Source: a virus (lineage: Duplodnaviria; Caudoviricetes). From it: a stretch of 64,000 nucleotides of DNA. Shown one piece after another: positions 47,817-58,280 of this stretch. The position numbers were made by a program, and so were the translations under genes. Every line of letters begins with the position of its first letter. Within the stretch, counting starts at the first letter, position 1. The notes under the pieces were generated by a model. It was not told the origin of the DNA and ran no database searches. It worked only from the letters and a program-made list of their open reading frames with translations. Where the stretch lies: IMG/VR virus record IMGVR_UViG_3300028591_000138, positions 1 through 64,000 of that record; one strand, 5' to 3'.

Positions 47817-48563
47817 ATGTATATTGGACAAGATTTACTGAAACATAACATACACACTGGTTCCCAGCTGACAGAAGTCAAGAAAGGTGAAACTGGTACT
47901 GGTCTACTTATCGAACGCGACGGTCACATTGCTGGCAACCGCGACATGGTGCAGCAGATTAAAGAGGATATCGCCCATCACGACCAGTTTGTCATCCCCG
48001 ACAAGTTTATTGTCAACGCCGTCTTCCAGAAGTTCGGTATCAAAAACGCGAACGGGAGAATCTATCCAGAGAAAGTATTGAAACGCGAGGTTGAAAAATA
48101 TATCAACGAACGTGTTAATACACGCAGTGCTGTCGGAGCTTTGGACCATCCTGAGTCTAGCACTCTGTCTGGTCACGATGTCAGCCACATCATCACAAAC
48201 CTCCAGTGGCAGGGTCGCACACTTATCGGTGAGATGGAATTGCAACTCACACCTGGTTATAGACGCTACGGCATCCCAGGGACAAGCGGTGACTTGGTGG
48301 CAAACCTGATTCTAAATGATATTCTTGTCGGAGTTTCTTCCAGAGCGGTCGGTTCTGTTGAGGAAGGACTTGGTGGAATTCTGATGGTAGGTGATGATTT
48401 AGATTTAATTGGTTGGGACGTGGTCCTCGAAAATTCTACCCCAGGTGCTAAAATTGCTAGAAATATGGCTGAACTACAACAATATATCGAATCCGATGAA
48501 CGACGTAAAAATGAAGACTTGGTTAATGAAAAAATTCAGCGTATAAACAGTATTTTAATTTAA
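47817..48563 (+). CDS. Prohead core protease (T4 gp21-like)
   Basis: KNANGRIYP, GALDHP (catalytic His), GVSSRAVGS (catalytic Ser), WDVV...STPGA. Confidence 0.92.
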   Translation: MYIGQDLLKHNIHTGSQLTEVKKGETGTGLLIERDGHIAGNRDMVQQIKEDIAHHDQFVIPDKFIVNAVFQKFGIKNANGRIYPEKVLKREVEKYINERVNTRSAVGALDHPESSTLSGHDVSHIITNLQWQGRTLIGEMELQLTPGYRRYGIPGTSGDLVANLILNDILVGVSSRAVGSVEEGLGGILMVGDDLDLIGWDVVLENSTPGAKIARNMAELQQYIESDERRKNEDLVNEKIQRINSILI

Positions 48564-48678
48564 AAGAAATAATTTTGGATGTATCTTTTAAATATCCCGA
48601 CTATTTAATAATAGGTTGGGATATTTTTTATTTGTGCTTGTGATGGAAAAACGTTATATTATTATAAAGTGTTAATTT

Positions 48679-49857
48679 ATGACAAAAGAAGAATTTATTG
48701 AAAAAGCTAATGCTGTTCACGGAGACACCTATGACTATTCATTAGTTGAATACAAAAACAACAAAACTAAGGTGGCGATTAAATGCAAGGAATGTGGAAC
48801 CATATTCTATCAGAAGCCTAACAATCATTTGCAAGGTTCTGGGTGTCCAAATTGTGCAAGAAAAAAAAGGTCGGAACGTTTGAGTGACACCAGGGAAGAT
48901 TTTATAAGGAAAGCCATAGAAAAACACGGTGACAAATATGACTACTCGTTGGTTGAGTATGTTAGCAGTCGAGAAAAAGTGAAAATCAGATGCAAAAAAT
49001 GCGGCAGTATTTTCGAACAGGCGCCAGCCATGCACTTGACAGGCAACGGTTGTTCAGTATGTAATCCCCCACATCAAAAGCTTACCCATGAAGAGTTTGT
49101 TGAACGACTAGCTCAAACTCACCCAAATCTGGAGGTTCTCAGTGAATATCAGGGAAAAGACCGCAAAATAACTGTTAGATGCAAAATACATGATTATACT
49201 TATCAAACGACGCCACACCGTCTAGTGCAAGGGGCAAATTGTAAATATTGCTATTATGAAAGAGAAAAGAAAAACAAAACTAATAAATTGGATAAGGTTT
49301 TATCTGAAATTAAACGGATACACGGTGATAAATACGAATACCCTAATATTGAGTCTGAATATGTGACATCTAAGTCCAAACTCACAATCATTTGTCCGAT
49401 ACACGGTGAGTTTCACCAATCCTACAATAAACACGTTAGTCATCACCACGGTTGTCCTCTTTGCGATGAAAGTTATTATGAAAAGCAAACAGCTCAAACA
49501 TTAGATGACTTGAATATTAAATATGAACGCGAGAAACAGTTTAACTGGCTTGGTTTGCAGACACTGGATTTTTATTTACCTGAACACAAAATGGCTCTCG
49601 AAATCCAAGGAGAATTTCATTTCCAAAGTTTTACTATCAAAAACACAGTGGTCAACCATATGAACCAAGTAAGGCGTGACGAAAGAAAACACAAGCTGTG
49701 TGAGGAAAATGGTGTTAAACTAATATACATAATACCACACAAACTGATGAAAATGTCCAAAGTAAGTGATATTTATTCCAAAAGCAGTGTGGTTGAGATT
49801 GATAAAAACGGTGAATTGGTCGGCACTGCTATCAAGGAGTTAATCGAGAATTGCTAA
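48679..49857 (+). CDS. Free-standing homing endonuclease (DUF723-type Zn repeats + Vsr/PD-(D/E)XK-like nuclease)
   Basis: Repeated EEFI.KA..HGD.YDYS.VEY...KV.I.C..CG; C-terminal LDFYLP....LEIQGEFHF...RDERKHKLC. Confidence 0.8.
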   Translation: MTKEEFIEKANAVHGDTYDYSLVEYKNNKTKVAIKCKECGTIFYQKPNNHLQGSGCPNCARKKRSERLSDTREDFIRKAIEKHGDKYDYSLVEYVSSREKVKIRCKKCGSIFEQAPAMHLTGNGCSVCNPPHQKLTHEEFVERLAQTHPNLEVLSEYQGKDRKITVRCKIHDYTYQTTPHRLVQGANCKYCYYEREKKNKTNKLDKVLSEIKRIHGDKYEYPNIESEYVTSKSKLTIICPIHGEFHQSYNKHVSHHHGCPLCDESYYEKQTAQTLDDLNIKYEREKQFNWLGLQTLDFYLPEHKMALEIQGEFHFQSFTIKNTVVNHMNQVRRDERKHKLCEENGVKLIYIIPHKLMKMSKVSDIYSKSSVVEIDKNGELVGTAIKELIENC

Positions 49858-49957
49858 ATATCTAACAAAAACCCGATAATTTAAGATTATCGAGTTTTTT
49901 CTTTTTGGTTCCGATTGTTAGAAATGTTATATTTATAATATATTAAACAATTGGTAA

Positions 49958-51118
49958 ATGTCAACTTCAATACAACTACAATTACGAAAAAAAGATTATA
50001 ATTCAAATACGGATACTGGAAACGGTGTTGTTGTTTTCGACAACATAACCAATGAGATTTACGTCGGAGGGCAGAGTTTTAGTTCCAAAGTCAAAAACGG
50101 TGTCTGGGATGCAACAAATAAAGTGCTGACATTAACAAAAACTGACGGCACTATTATCACAATTAACTTGAAAGATGCAACATCTTCACAGCAGCCCACC
50201 AGTTTGCTTGGCAGCTTGCGTGATGATGTTGAGGCTAACAAGACGGCTTTGTCTACTTTGAACGGAAGCGGTAGCGGGTCTGTAAACCAGAAAATAAGTA
50301 CAGCGGTTTCCAATCTCAGTGGTGGTATTTCCATTGCTGATAAAACCAATGACATTGTCACCATATATACAGACGTTGATGAAACTGACGGCGTTATTGA
50401 TAACACTGGCAGCGCAACGATTGTTTTAGCTAAAGTTGCTTCGACTGGTAGTTCGTCTGATGTAAGCGTTACATATAACAGTTCGACCAGTGACATGCAG
50501 ACCGCCATCAACGATATAGATTCCCGTATAGTCTCTTTGTCGTCGAATCAACTGCAGTATATAATCCCCTCAAGCAATGCGACAACACCAAATGGATACT
50601 ATCACTATTATAACGGAAACAACCGTTATACTGGTACTTTGACAGCATCTGCCTCGACAATGAACCAGATATATGTATGCCGTACAACCAGAGACGGGGA
50701 TTATCACCAGATTATGACTGTTAAGAGCGCGACTGGAAGTACATATTCCTGGATTGACCTCAGTACACAATCCATTGACTTGAGCGGATATATCAAAAGT
50801 GTAACGGTAAACGGTCAAACATATACAACCACTTCTTCAGGCACTGACGTCACTTTGGGTGATGTTATCACAGCAATAAACGGCGAGACCAACATCGCCA
50901 GCGGTAATTCGGACTATGTCAGTGTCGTTGCCACAACTGACACGGCTTCTAGTGGCAGTAAAACGACCACATTGTCTTCTAAATTGAAAACGCAAGCGGT
51001 TTCCACGGCAACCGCATCAGCGGATGGTGTGGCATTGGCTAAGGATGTAAAAGATTATGTCAACGACAATTTAACCACAATCAGAACGTGGACTGATAGT
51101 GATATTCCTAACAGTTAA
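49958..51118 (+). CDS. Fibre/structural protein, S/T-rich
   Basis: Shares the LAKVA.TG...DVS segment with 7881. Confidence 0.65.
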   Translation: MSTSIQLQLRKKDYNSNTDTGNGVVVFDNITNEIYVGGQSFSSKVKNGVWDATNKVLTLTKTDGTIITINLKDATSSQQPTSLLGSLRDDVEANKTALSTLNGSGSGSVNQKISTAVSNLSGGISIADKTNDIVTIYTDVDETDGVIDNTGSATIVLAKVASTGSSSDVSVTYNSSTSDMQTAINDIDSRIVSLSSNQLQYIIPSSNATTPNGYYHYYNGNNRYTGTLTASASTMNQIYVCRTTRDGDYHQIMTVKSATGSTYSWIDLSTQSIDLSGYIKSVTVNGQTYTTTSSGTDVTLGDVITAINGETNIASGNSDYVSVVATTDTASSGSKTTTLSSKLKTQAVSTATASADGVALAKDVKDYVNDNLTTIRTWTDSDIPNS

Positions 51119-51129
51119 AATTTTGAGTT

Positions 51130-51444
51130 ATGAGTTTATATTTGGGAAATACAAAAATCAAACAGGTAAACGTTGTCTTCAATGACGGTGTTGATACCAA
51201 TGTTACGGAACAGAATATCAAAACTGGCATCCGAATTCTCGGTGTTGACGGTACGTTTACTGAGGACGGTACCCAGACTACTGGATATAGTTTGGCTGGG
51301 GCTGGCGATATTGTAGATGGGAAGTCTGCTTGGGCTGACGGCGTTGAGGTTTTAGGTACGCTGGTTGTTAACCACTACTACACAGGCACGACAGCACCAG
51401 CCAGTTCACTTGGAATAAACGGAGATATTTACTTACAGCGATAA
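51130..51444 (+). CDS. Small tail-associated protein
   Basis: NIKTGIRILGVDGTF and GTTAPASSLGINGDIYLQ fibre-type motifs. Confidence 0.65.
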   Translation: MSLYLGNTKIKQVNVVFNDGVDTNVTEQNIKTGIRILGVDGTFTEDGTQTTGYSLAGAGDIVDGKSAWADGVEVLGTLVVNHYYTGTTAPASSLGINGDIYLQR

Positions 51445-51447
51445 GTT

Positions 51448-52170
51448 ATGGAAAAGAATATTGAATTAGCAATACAGAAAGAGGAGGAATATATACAGCA
51501 TAAAGTGATTGAGGGGGACAATAGTAAAACCCTGCTTGACTATCTAGCCGAGGCGGGTTATTTTGATTTGGAGGATTTTAAACAAGATAGGTTTTTTTAT
51601 GTAATGAAAACCGCTGGCATTATTCCTGTTTCGGATTCGGCGACCGTTCTACAACCTCTTGCTTACGAACATTATCAACAGGGTGCTCCCTTTTGTTATT
51701 TTGTGGAGTATAATAAATATTTTGCTTTGGTTCCGCTATCCTTTTCTCCTGAAGATGAACAACGGTTTAATGAATATGGTTTCGATTGTTTTAAGTGTGG
51801 ATATAACAATGGTGGTATAATTTTAACCGACCCGTTGGATTTCAGGATGTGTATTGCAATTCCAAATGAAAGCTTTAATCGCATTAAACCTTACATACTT
51901 AATAAATTACATAATTTCTTGTTAAGGTATTATCCAGATATTATAATTGATAACAACGATTTTATGTATAACGGTAAAAAGGTGGCTGGTAGTGTTGATT
52001 TCGGTACTTCCCAACTATATATTTTTGCCATAAGTGTATCGTTTGTTGATATGTATGAGTATGCGGAAGAATTAGGCATTATCAAGGATAAAATTCCTGG
52101 CTGTTTACCTGATTCTGGAAATCTAAAAGATTTATTAAAAACTGAGGTTACACAATGGCTAAGACAGTAA
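51448..52170 (+). CDS. Lipoate-protein-ligase-like (BPL/LplA fold) protein
   Basis: GGIILTD...; NDFMYNGKKVAGS matches the ND....GKK..G ligase motif. Confidence 0.55.
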   Translation: MEKNIELAIQKEEEYIQHKVIEGDNSKTLLDYLAEAGYFDLEDFKQDRFFYVMKTAGIIPVSDSATVLQPLAYEHYQQGAPFCYFVEYNKYFALVPLSFSPEDEQRFNEYGFDCFKCGYNNGGIILTDPLDFRMCIAIPNESFNRIKPYILNKLHNFLLRYYPDIIIDNNDFMYNGKKVAGSVDFGTSQLYIFAISVSFVDMYEYAEELGIIKDKIPGCLPDSGNLKDLLKTEVTQWLRQ

Positions 52171-53330
52171 TATTATATCCATCGGCGGATGTCAGTCTGC
52201 AGCACTCCTTATACCCAACCAGCGCAAGTGTCGGGTATTCGCTTATTAATGATGTATCGCCTGACGATGATACCAGTTATATTTCCCAAGAAGTTACCAA
52301 TACGGGTAGTCAGAGTGTAACATCCACATTTCGATGTGATACTGAAACACAAGGTAAAATCTATATCACTGGTGTTGCAACTACACTGCGGAGCGGTGTT
52401 TCTAGCGGTCGTCATTCTAGTGGTGTAACTAAAACAACCATCCCAATCACATCGTCTTTCAGGTTGGGTGTTGCTATTCATGCAGGCGGCACAACATATG
52501 GAACCGCCCATTCCATGACAAGTTCTAGTTCTAGCTATAACTCTTTTACTTGGGATAATTTTAATGATACTATAACAGGTGTAGCTGGATTAAATACTAT
52601 ATACCAATCTTTTACTGACGCAGATATCATATTATCAGTTAATCAAACTTCCCAAATCCAAGATACCGCTAATAATGAGACTGCAATAGCAGCCGTTACA
52701 CAAGCCAATGTTACAATTACATACCTGGACGTCTTTGATTGTGCGGCAGCATACGTCCCTGGCTCAGGTATCGCTAGTGTCACTTGTTCGGATGCCGAGG
52801 TGGTTGATGGTAATACCTGTACTTTTACAGCAAACTTGGAAAGTGGAGCTGGGTTCCAGGGGTGGTATAGTGATGCCGCTTGCACCAACAGGGTGTCGAC
52901 AAGTCGTGTCTATACAGCAACCATAACCGACAATACAACCTTGTATGCTAAGGGCGATATTCTATATAATATTAACGTCTACGCCGACAGCAACTGTACG
53001 GTTGCAACGTCTAAACAGCAGGCAACGGCTGGTGAGAGTGTGACTGTGACAGCAACCCCGTCCAGCGCCCGTTATTCGATTGTTGGTTGGTATTCGAATC
53101 CAGAACGCACAACATTGGTTACAACGGACAATCCATATACGTTTACAGTTTCAGGCAACACGAACTTGTACGCGAAGTCGAAACTGAATGAAGTTATGTA
53201 TGTCAAAATCAACGGTAGCTGGGTGACGTGCTCACACATCTATAAAAAGATTGACGGTGCATGGGTTGAACAGGATGTGTTGGATGGATTGTTCGATACG
53301 ACAAAAAATTATAAAATAAATGAAATATAA
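52155..53330 (+). CDS. Virion-surface protein with InlB/bacterial B-type repeats
   Basis: Two F/I.GWYS...T.V.T...Y.(F/A)T...NT.LYAK repeats; C-terminal YVKINGSW...YKKIDGAW. Confidence 0.65.
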   Translation: MAKTVILYPSADVSLQHSLYPTSASVGYSLINDVSPDDDTSYISQEVTNTGSQSVTSTFRCDTETQGKIYITGVATTLRSGVSSGRHSSGVTKTTIPITSSFRLGVAIHAGGTTYGTAHSMTSSSSSYNSFTWDNFNDTITGVAGLNTIYQSFTDADIILSVNQTSQIQDTANNETAIAAVTQANVTITYLDVFDCAAAYVPGSGIASVTCSDAEVVDGNTCTFTANLESGAGFQGWYSDAACTNRVSTSRVYTATITDNTTLYAKGDILYNINVYADSNCTVATSKQQATAGESVTVTATPSSARYSIVGWYSNPERTTLVTTDNPYTFTVSGNTNLYAKSKLNEVMYVKINGSWVTCSHIYKKIDGAWVEQDVLDGLFDTTKNYKINEI

Positions 53331-53342
53331 AGATAATATATA

Positions 53343-54347
53343 ATGGATGAAGTTAAAGTACCTTTGGTTATAAACAAACTGCAAAGCAAGGATATATACG
53401 ACTATCTCGCTTCGCAAGGTCGAATTGGTTTAAATGAATTGTATGTAATTCAAAACGATAACGACACCACTGTCAGCTCTATTACTTATGATGATAGTGT
53501 GAAGAAGTTCTACTACACAGACTCGGATGGCAATAACCATGACATCGTCACATTAGCTGTGTTGAAAACCAATATGAATTTAAGCGCTGTTGCCACGAAT
53601 GGCTCTTATAACTCGTTGGATAACCAGCCTAAGATAAACAATGTCACCCTGACAGGTAACAAAACTACCAGCGAATTGAACATTAGTTATAACGACTTGA
53701 CCAATCAACCGTCAATACCGCAGCTGACACAACAATACAACGCTACCGATACTTCAATGGCGATGACAGGTAAGGCTACGGCGACAGCATTGACCAGTTA
53801 TACTCTAAATACCAGAAGTATTACAGGAACAGGTGCACTGAGCGGGGGCGGTAACCTTACCCAGGATAGAACTATCACCCATAATTCCGCACCGACAGGC
53901 TTAACCACGGCTGCGGTGAAGGTTGGCGTCGATTCTTATGGACATACCCAGGTTGGCGCGCCAATTACGGCGGTTGATGTCGATGCGGTGCCTATTACAT
54001 ATAACGTTATAACTTCATGCCAAAACATCAACGCAGCCGACTACGGTACGATTATGATTTTGGGCACCCAAAACGAAACGGTATCCTTTACAACGGTACC
54101 GCCTTTTGGCAGACGTCTGCGTCTATATTATGTGAACGTTACCAGCAATAACATAACAATAACAATAGACCCAGCGAATTTCAGCCACATGGACTATTTC
54201 TTTTTCAACGGGTCGGTATTGACCAGCGCCACTACGTACACAGTGCCAGCAAACAGTAATTTAACAATGATTATCACGCTGATGCAAGGAACTGTTGAGG
54301 GTCAGACTAGGGTATTCTGTTTCGCGGATGTGCAGCAGACCCCTTAA
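53343..54347 (+). CDS. Tail fibre-like protein
   Basis: LSAVATNGSYNSL..P.IN, GTGALSGGGNLTQDRTITH and VDSYGH fibre motifs. Confidence 0.7.
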   Translation: MDEVKVPLVINKLQSKDIYDYLASQGRIGLNELYVIQNDNDTTVSSITYDDSVKKFYYTDSDGNNHDIVTLAVLKTNMNLSAVATNGSYNSLDNQPKINNVTLTGNKTTSELNISYNDLTNQPSIPQLTQQYNATDTSMAMTGKATATALTSYTLNTRSITGTGALSGGGNLTQDRTITHNSAPTGLTTAAVKVGVDSYGHTQVGAPITAVDVDAVPITYNVITSCQNINAADYGTIMILGTQNETVSFTTVPPFGRRLRLYYVNVTSNNITITIDPANFSHMDYFFFNGSVLTSATTYTVPANSNLTMIITLMQGTVEGQTRVFCFADVQQTP

Positions 54348-54445
54348 TTTTCTGCATATACTTTAATAAAAATCACGTTTTTTTTGGAATAATTTCAAAA
54401 TATCAAGTATTTATAATTAAATAATGATTTTATAGTTTAATCAAA

Positions 54446-56011
54446 ATGGCTAAAAAACAGATTAGAACTAAGTATATTAAATCTTTGATGGAAGACAAAG
54501 CCAATTTAGCAAACACTTTGGAGGAATCTACCAAGGAGACTTTGAGCGCTATGCTTGACGAATCCGTCAACAAGAGCCTCAGACAGATGCTTGCTGAATC
54601 TGACGACGATTCTTACGAAGAAGAGGTTGACCCAACCGAGACTCAGTTCAACAACGAACCAGAAGACGACAATACGGAAGACACCGTAGATGTCGACCTT
54701 GAAAGCGGTGACGCCAATGTCTGCAAGGACGGTGAATGCAGCACCGAGGGTGACGATGTCTGGACGGGACTTGAAGACTGCAGGGACGAGGATGGTGAAT
54801 ACGACCTGAGAGGAAAAGATATCGACACAGTTCTCGAAATCCTCAACACAATGGAACCCGACGAGGATATCCGCATTATCAAGAATGACGATGATACCGC
54901 AACGGTTGTGCCAAGTGGCGACGAAAACGAGTTTGTTATCGATATAAACGACGGCGACGAGACTGAACCCAACAAGTTTGAAGCCGACGGTTTCGAGGGA
55001 GCTAAGGGTGACCTTGGAAACGGAGACGACAACGAAGGGGGTGACGACCTGGGCGACGCCGAGAACAACGGCACCGACGATGAAGATGAGACTGAGTTCG
55101 AGTTGACAATCGACGATGACGACAATGATGAAGAAAACAACGACACAGACATGTTAAGCGAAGGTAACGTGAACTTAGGTTACACGGACAACTACCAGAA
55201 CAAGACAGCCATGACCATGCCTAGTGACAAGGGCGAGGGTGAGGGCGACAGCAGATTCGACGGCGGCGCACCTAAGGGTGGCAAGAACAACGTTAAACGT
55301 TGGGTCGGCACTGACGGAGCTAACGGCGGCAACCCATACAGCCAAAAAACTAAACAACCAATGACCGAGGAATTCGAGGACGGTGGCGACGGTCAACAGG
55401 CTATCTTCGAGGTTGAGCTTGACGGCGAGGCTGGTGCTGACATGGACAACATGCCAGTCGACGAGACTCACACCAGAGGTATGGCTCGCAAACACAACAG
55501 CGTCGGCAGAACTGAGGTTCCCGACACCAATGTGCAGGCTGATGAGGAAGACACAAGAAACGTCTACGTCAACGCTGACCAGCGCAGAAACTGCTCGCGT
55601 GCAACCAATGAGAGTATCGAGGCTAAACTCAACGCTATCATGAACGAAAATGCACAGCTCCGCAGTATCATGGCTCAGTTCAAGGAAAAACTTGACGAAG
55701 CGGTCGTTATCAACAGCTGTCTTGCAAAGGCAACGAAACTCTTCACCGAAAATTCCACTACCAGGGAGGAAAAAATCAACATCCTGAACCGCTTCAACAA
55801 GGTTCACACAATCAACGAGAGCAAGGCTCTCTACAACCAGATTTCTGGTGAACTCAAAAACGCTCACAGCGTAAATAACAACTTGCTTAACAATCAGTTG
55901 ACTGAGGCTAAAGGTAGTAACAAGAATATGATTGTCGAGACTAACATGCTCGGTGCTTCCGAGGAGTTGAGACGCATTCTTGACCTCCAAGACCGTATGG
56001 CAAATAAATAA
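54446..56011 (+). CDS. Prohead core scaffolding protein
   Basis: Very acidic, coiled-coil C-terminus, many LxE sites, directly upstream of the MCP. Confidence 0.8.
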   Translation: MAKKQIRTKYIKSLMEDKANLANTLEESTKETLSAMLDESVNKSLRQMLAESDDDSYEEEVDPTETQFNNEPEDDNTEDTVDVDLESGDANVCKDGECSTEGDDVWTGLEDCRDEDGEYDLRGKDIDTVLEILNTMEPDEDIRIIKNDDDTATVVPSGDENEFVIDINDGDETEPNKFEADGFEGAKGDLGNGDDNEGGDDLGDAENNGTDDEDETEFELTIDDDDNDEENNDTDMLSEGNVNLGYTDNYQNKTAMTMPSDKGEGEGDSRFDGGAPKGGKNNVKRWVGTDGANGGNPYSQKTKQPMTEEFEDGGDGQQAIFEVELDGEAGADMDNMPVDETHTRGMARKHNSVGRTEVPDTNVQADEEDTRNVYVNADQRRNCSRATNESIEAKLNAIMNENAQLRSIMAQFKEKLDEAVVINSCLAKATKLFTENSTTREEKINILNRFNKVHTINESKALYNQISGELKNAHSVNNNLLNNQLTEAKGSNKNMIVETNMLGASEELRRILDLQDRMANK

Positions 56012-56078
56012 GTTTTCGGTAACTTTTTGATTTAGCGAGATATTTATAATTAATAACAAAAATTAAAACAAAAATAAA

Positions 56079-58100
56079 ATGGCAGCTATAAGAGAATTAC
56101 TCACAAGCGGTGCGGTAGGTAATGTTGAACTTAACGCACAGAAGAAAATCCGCCAGGATATTCAAGAACGTTGGGAACGCCTCGGTCTCGTTAAGGGTCT
56201 TGAGGGTAACGTTAAGGATACCGTAGCCACTCTTTATGAGAACCAGGCTAAACACCTTCTGAAAGAAGCTACGGCAGCCGACAACAGCGGTGCTTTTGAA
56301 ACCGTTGTGTTCCCGCTCATCCGTCGTGTATTCAGCAAGCTCCTTGCTAACGACATCGTTTCGGTTCAAGCTATGAACCTCCCTATCGGAAAACTGTTCT
56401 TCATCAAGCCCGTCACCAGCGAGCGCGAATGGACTCTTGATGCAAACGTTTACGATGCACAGGGTAACCAAGTTAACCTTGGTGGTGTGAACACTGGTCG
56501 TCACCGTGGTCTCATGGGCTATCAGCGCACTGATATGCACAACAACGGTTATGAAGGCGGTGCTCAGAACAACCGTTACTACCTCCCCGATGAGAGCGTA
56601 ACCGTTCAGGGTGCTCCTATCACCAAAGTTGAGCAGTTTGTTGACGAAGCTGGTGTTAAGTACTACAATGACGGTACTAACAACGTTAAGGTTAATGACG
56701 CAAGTCATACTGCTTATACCCCTGTTGGAACCTCAACTTCCATTGGTTATGGCGTTGTTGAACCTATCGTTACCCAATACATGAAGAAAACTTTGTACGA
56801 CCTGTTCTACAATGACTTCCTGTATGACAACTCGAAGGGTAAAATCACCATCAACACTGGTAGTGCCACTCCTGTTCAGATTGCAGCTGACGGTTCTTAT
56901 GTGCCTCTGACAGTTCTTCCTGTTAACGCTCAGGATGGTTCTGTACGTAGCGTACTTATCGAGCTCACTGGTTTCCACAGCTACAACGCTGGTCACCTGA
57001 CTGGTCCTGACGGTAACGAGATGGACACTGAGACCTTCCTGGCTTCATTGAAGGTTATTGCTAAGCAAGCTATTGCTGGTACCAACACTTTCACTGGTTT
57101 TGCAACTAACGAAAATATCCAATTCCGCGTTGTGACTCAGAAATACGGTGACCAGATGGTTAACTACAAGAATGACGTCGCTGACGGTCAGGGTCGTATG
57201 TATATCGAACTCGACCTTACCAAACCTTGCAAGATGCAGGGCTTGACCACTGATGGTTATATTGGTGTTGACCCAAATGCTATTAACCCAGCTCAAATTA
57301 ACAACTACTTCCAGATTGCTTGGTGTTCTTATGACAGCCTCGAACTGGAGACTGAGATGGGTGAGGTTAGCTTCCAGCTTACTGCTGTTGACGTTGCAGT
57401 TACCGAGCGTAAACTTCGTGCTACCTGGTCTCCAGAGCTTGCACAGGACGTCAGCGCTTTCCACAACATCGACGCTGAGGCAGAATTGACTGCAATCCTC
57501 GCTGAGCAGATTGCCGCTGAAATCGACCGCGAAATCCTCCGTGACATCCGTAAGGCTGCTCCTTGGACTGAGCGTTGGGACTACAACGGCTGGCAGAGAC
57601 TTGGTACCACTTCAACTGTGTACACACAGAAAGACTGGAACCAGACTCTTATGACCAAAATCAACCAAATCAGCGCACAGATTCAGAAGGCTACCCTCCG
57701 TGGCGGTGCTAACTGGATTATCGTGTCGGCTGAAATCAGCGCTGTGCTGAACGACCTCGAATACTTCCACGTAACTGACGCTTCTGCAGAAAGCGACACT
57801 TACAACATGGGTATCGAGAAGGTTGGTGCTCTCCAAGGACGTTACAACGTCACCGTTGACCCATACGCACCTCACTGGTCGCTCATTATGGGACACCACG
57901 GTACGAGCTTGCTCGACACTGGTTACATCTACGCACCTTATGTGCCGATGGCATTAACCCCAACAATGTACAACCCATTCAACTTCGCACCTATCAAGGG
58001 TATCTGCACCAGGTACGCTAAGAAACTGGTTAACAACCGTTACTTCGGTTCAATCAAGTGTGATGGTCTGATGCACTGGGATATCAACGAGATGAGATAG
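56079..58100 (+). CDS. Major capsid protein (T4 gp23-like) with insertions
   Basis: LYENQA, FPLIRRVF..L.ANDIVSVQAM, RKLRATWSPELAQD....H.IDAEAEL, AEIDREIL, YAPYVP, TRYA. Confidence 0.95.
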   Translation: MAAIRELLTSGAVGNVELNAQKKIRQDIQERWERLGLVKGLEGNVKDTVATLYENQAKHLLKEATAADNSGAFETVVFPLIRRVFSKLLANDIVSVQAMNLPIGKLFFIKPVTSEREWTLDANVYDAQGNQVNLGGVNTGRHRGLMGYQRTDMHNNGYEGGAQNNRYYLPDESVTVQGAPITKVEQFVDEAGVKYYNDGTNNVKVNDASHTAYTPVGTSTSIGYGVVEPIVTQYMKKTLYDLFYNDFLYDNSKGKITINTGSATPVQIAADGSYVPLTVLPVNAQDGSVRSVLIELTGFHSYNAGHLTGPDGNEMDTETFLASLKVIAKQAIAGTNTFTGFATNENIQFRVVTQKYGDQMVNYKNDVADGQGRMYIELDLTKPCKMQGLTTDGYIGVDPNAINPAQINNYFQIAWCSYDSLELETEMGEVSFQLTAVDVAVTERKLRATWSPELAQDVSAFHNIDAEAELTAILAEQIAAEIDREILRDIRKAAPWTERWDYNGWQRLGTTSTVYTQKDWNQTLMTKINQISAQIQKATLRGGANWIIVSAEISAVLNDLEYFHVTDASAESDTYNMGIEKVGALQGRYNVTVDPYAPHWSLIMGHHGTSLLDTGYIYAPYVPMALTPTMYNPFNFAPIKGICTRYAKKLVNNRYFGSIKCDGLMHWDINEMR

Positions 58101-58123
58101 TTCAAGCTCAATCGTTTGAGAAG

Positions 58124-58153
58124 AAAAGCGTGGCTTCGGTCACGCTTTTTTTT
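58124..58153 (+). terminator. Intrinsic terminator after the MCP
   Basis: AAAAGCGTGGC TTCG GTCACGCTTTT + T-run. Confidence 0.85.
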
Positions 58154-58280
58154 GTTATTTACACAATCCATTCAATTTTGTTCTTTGTAAAGGTTTTTTT
58201 TGAAACTATAATAGAATTTTTGTATATTAGTAATATGGAAGTGAACTACACCGAAACTAAAGATTTCGGTGCTTCTGACT

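Noticed and set aside
40490-58100. Inteins or introns in terminase, portal or MCP
   Set aside because: The frames are continuous and show no intein C/S...HN-C/S/T splice motifs; the extra length looks like ordinary insertion domains
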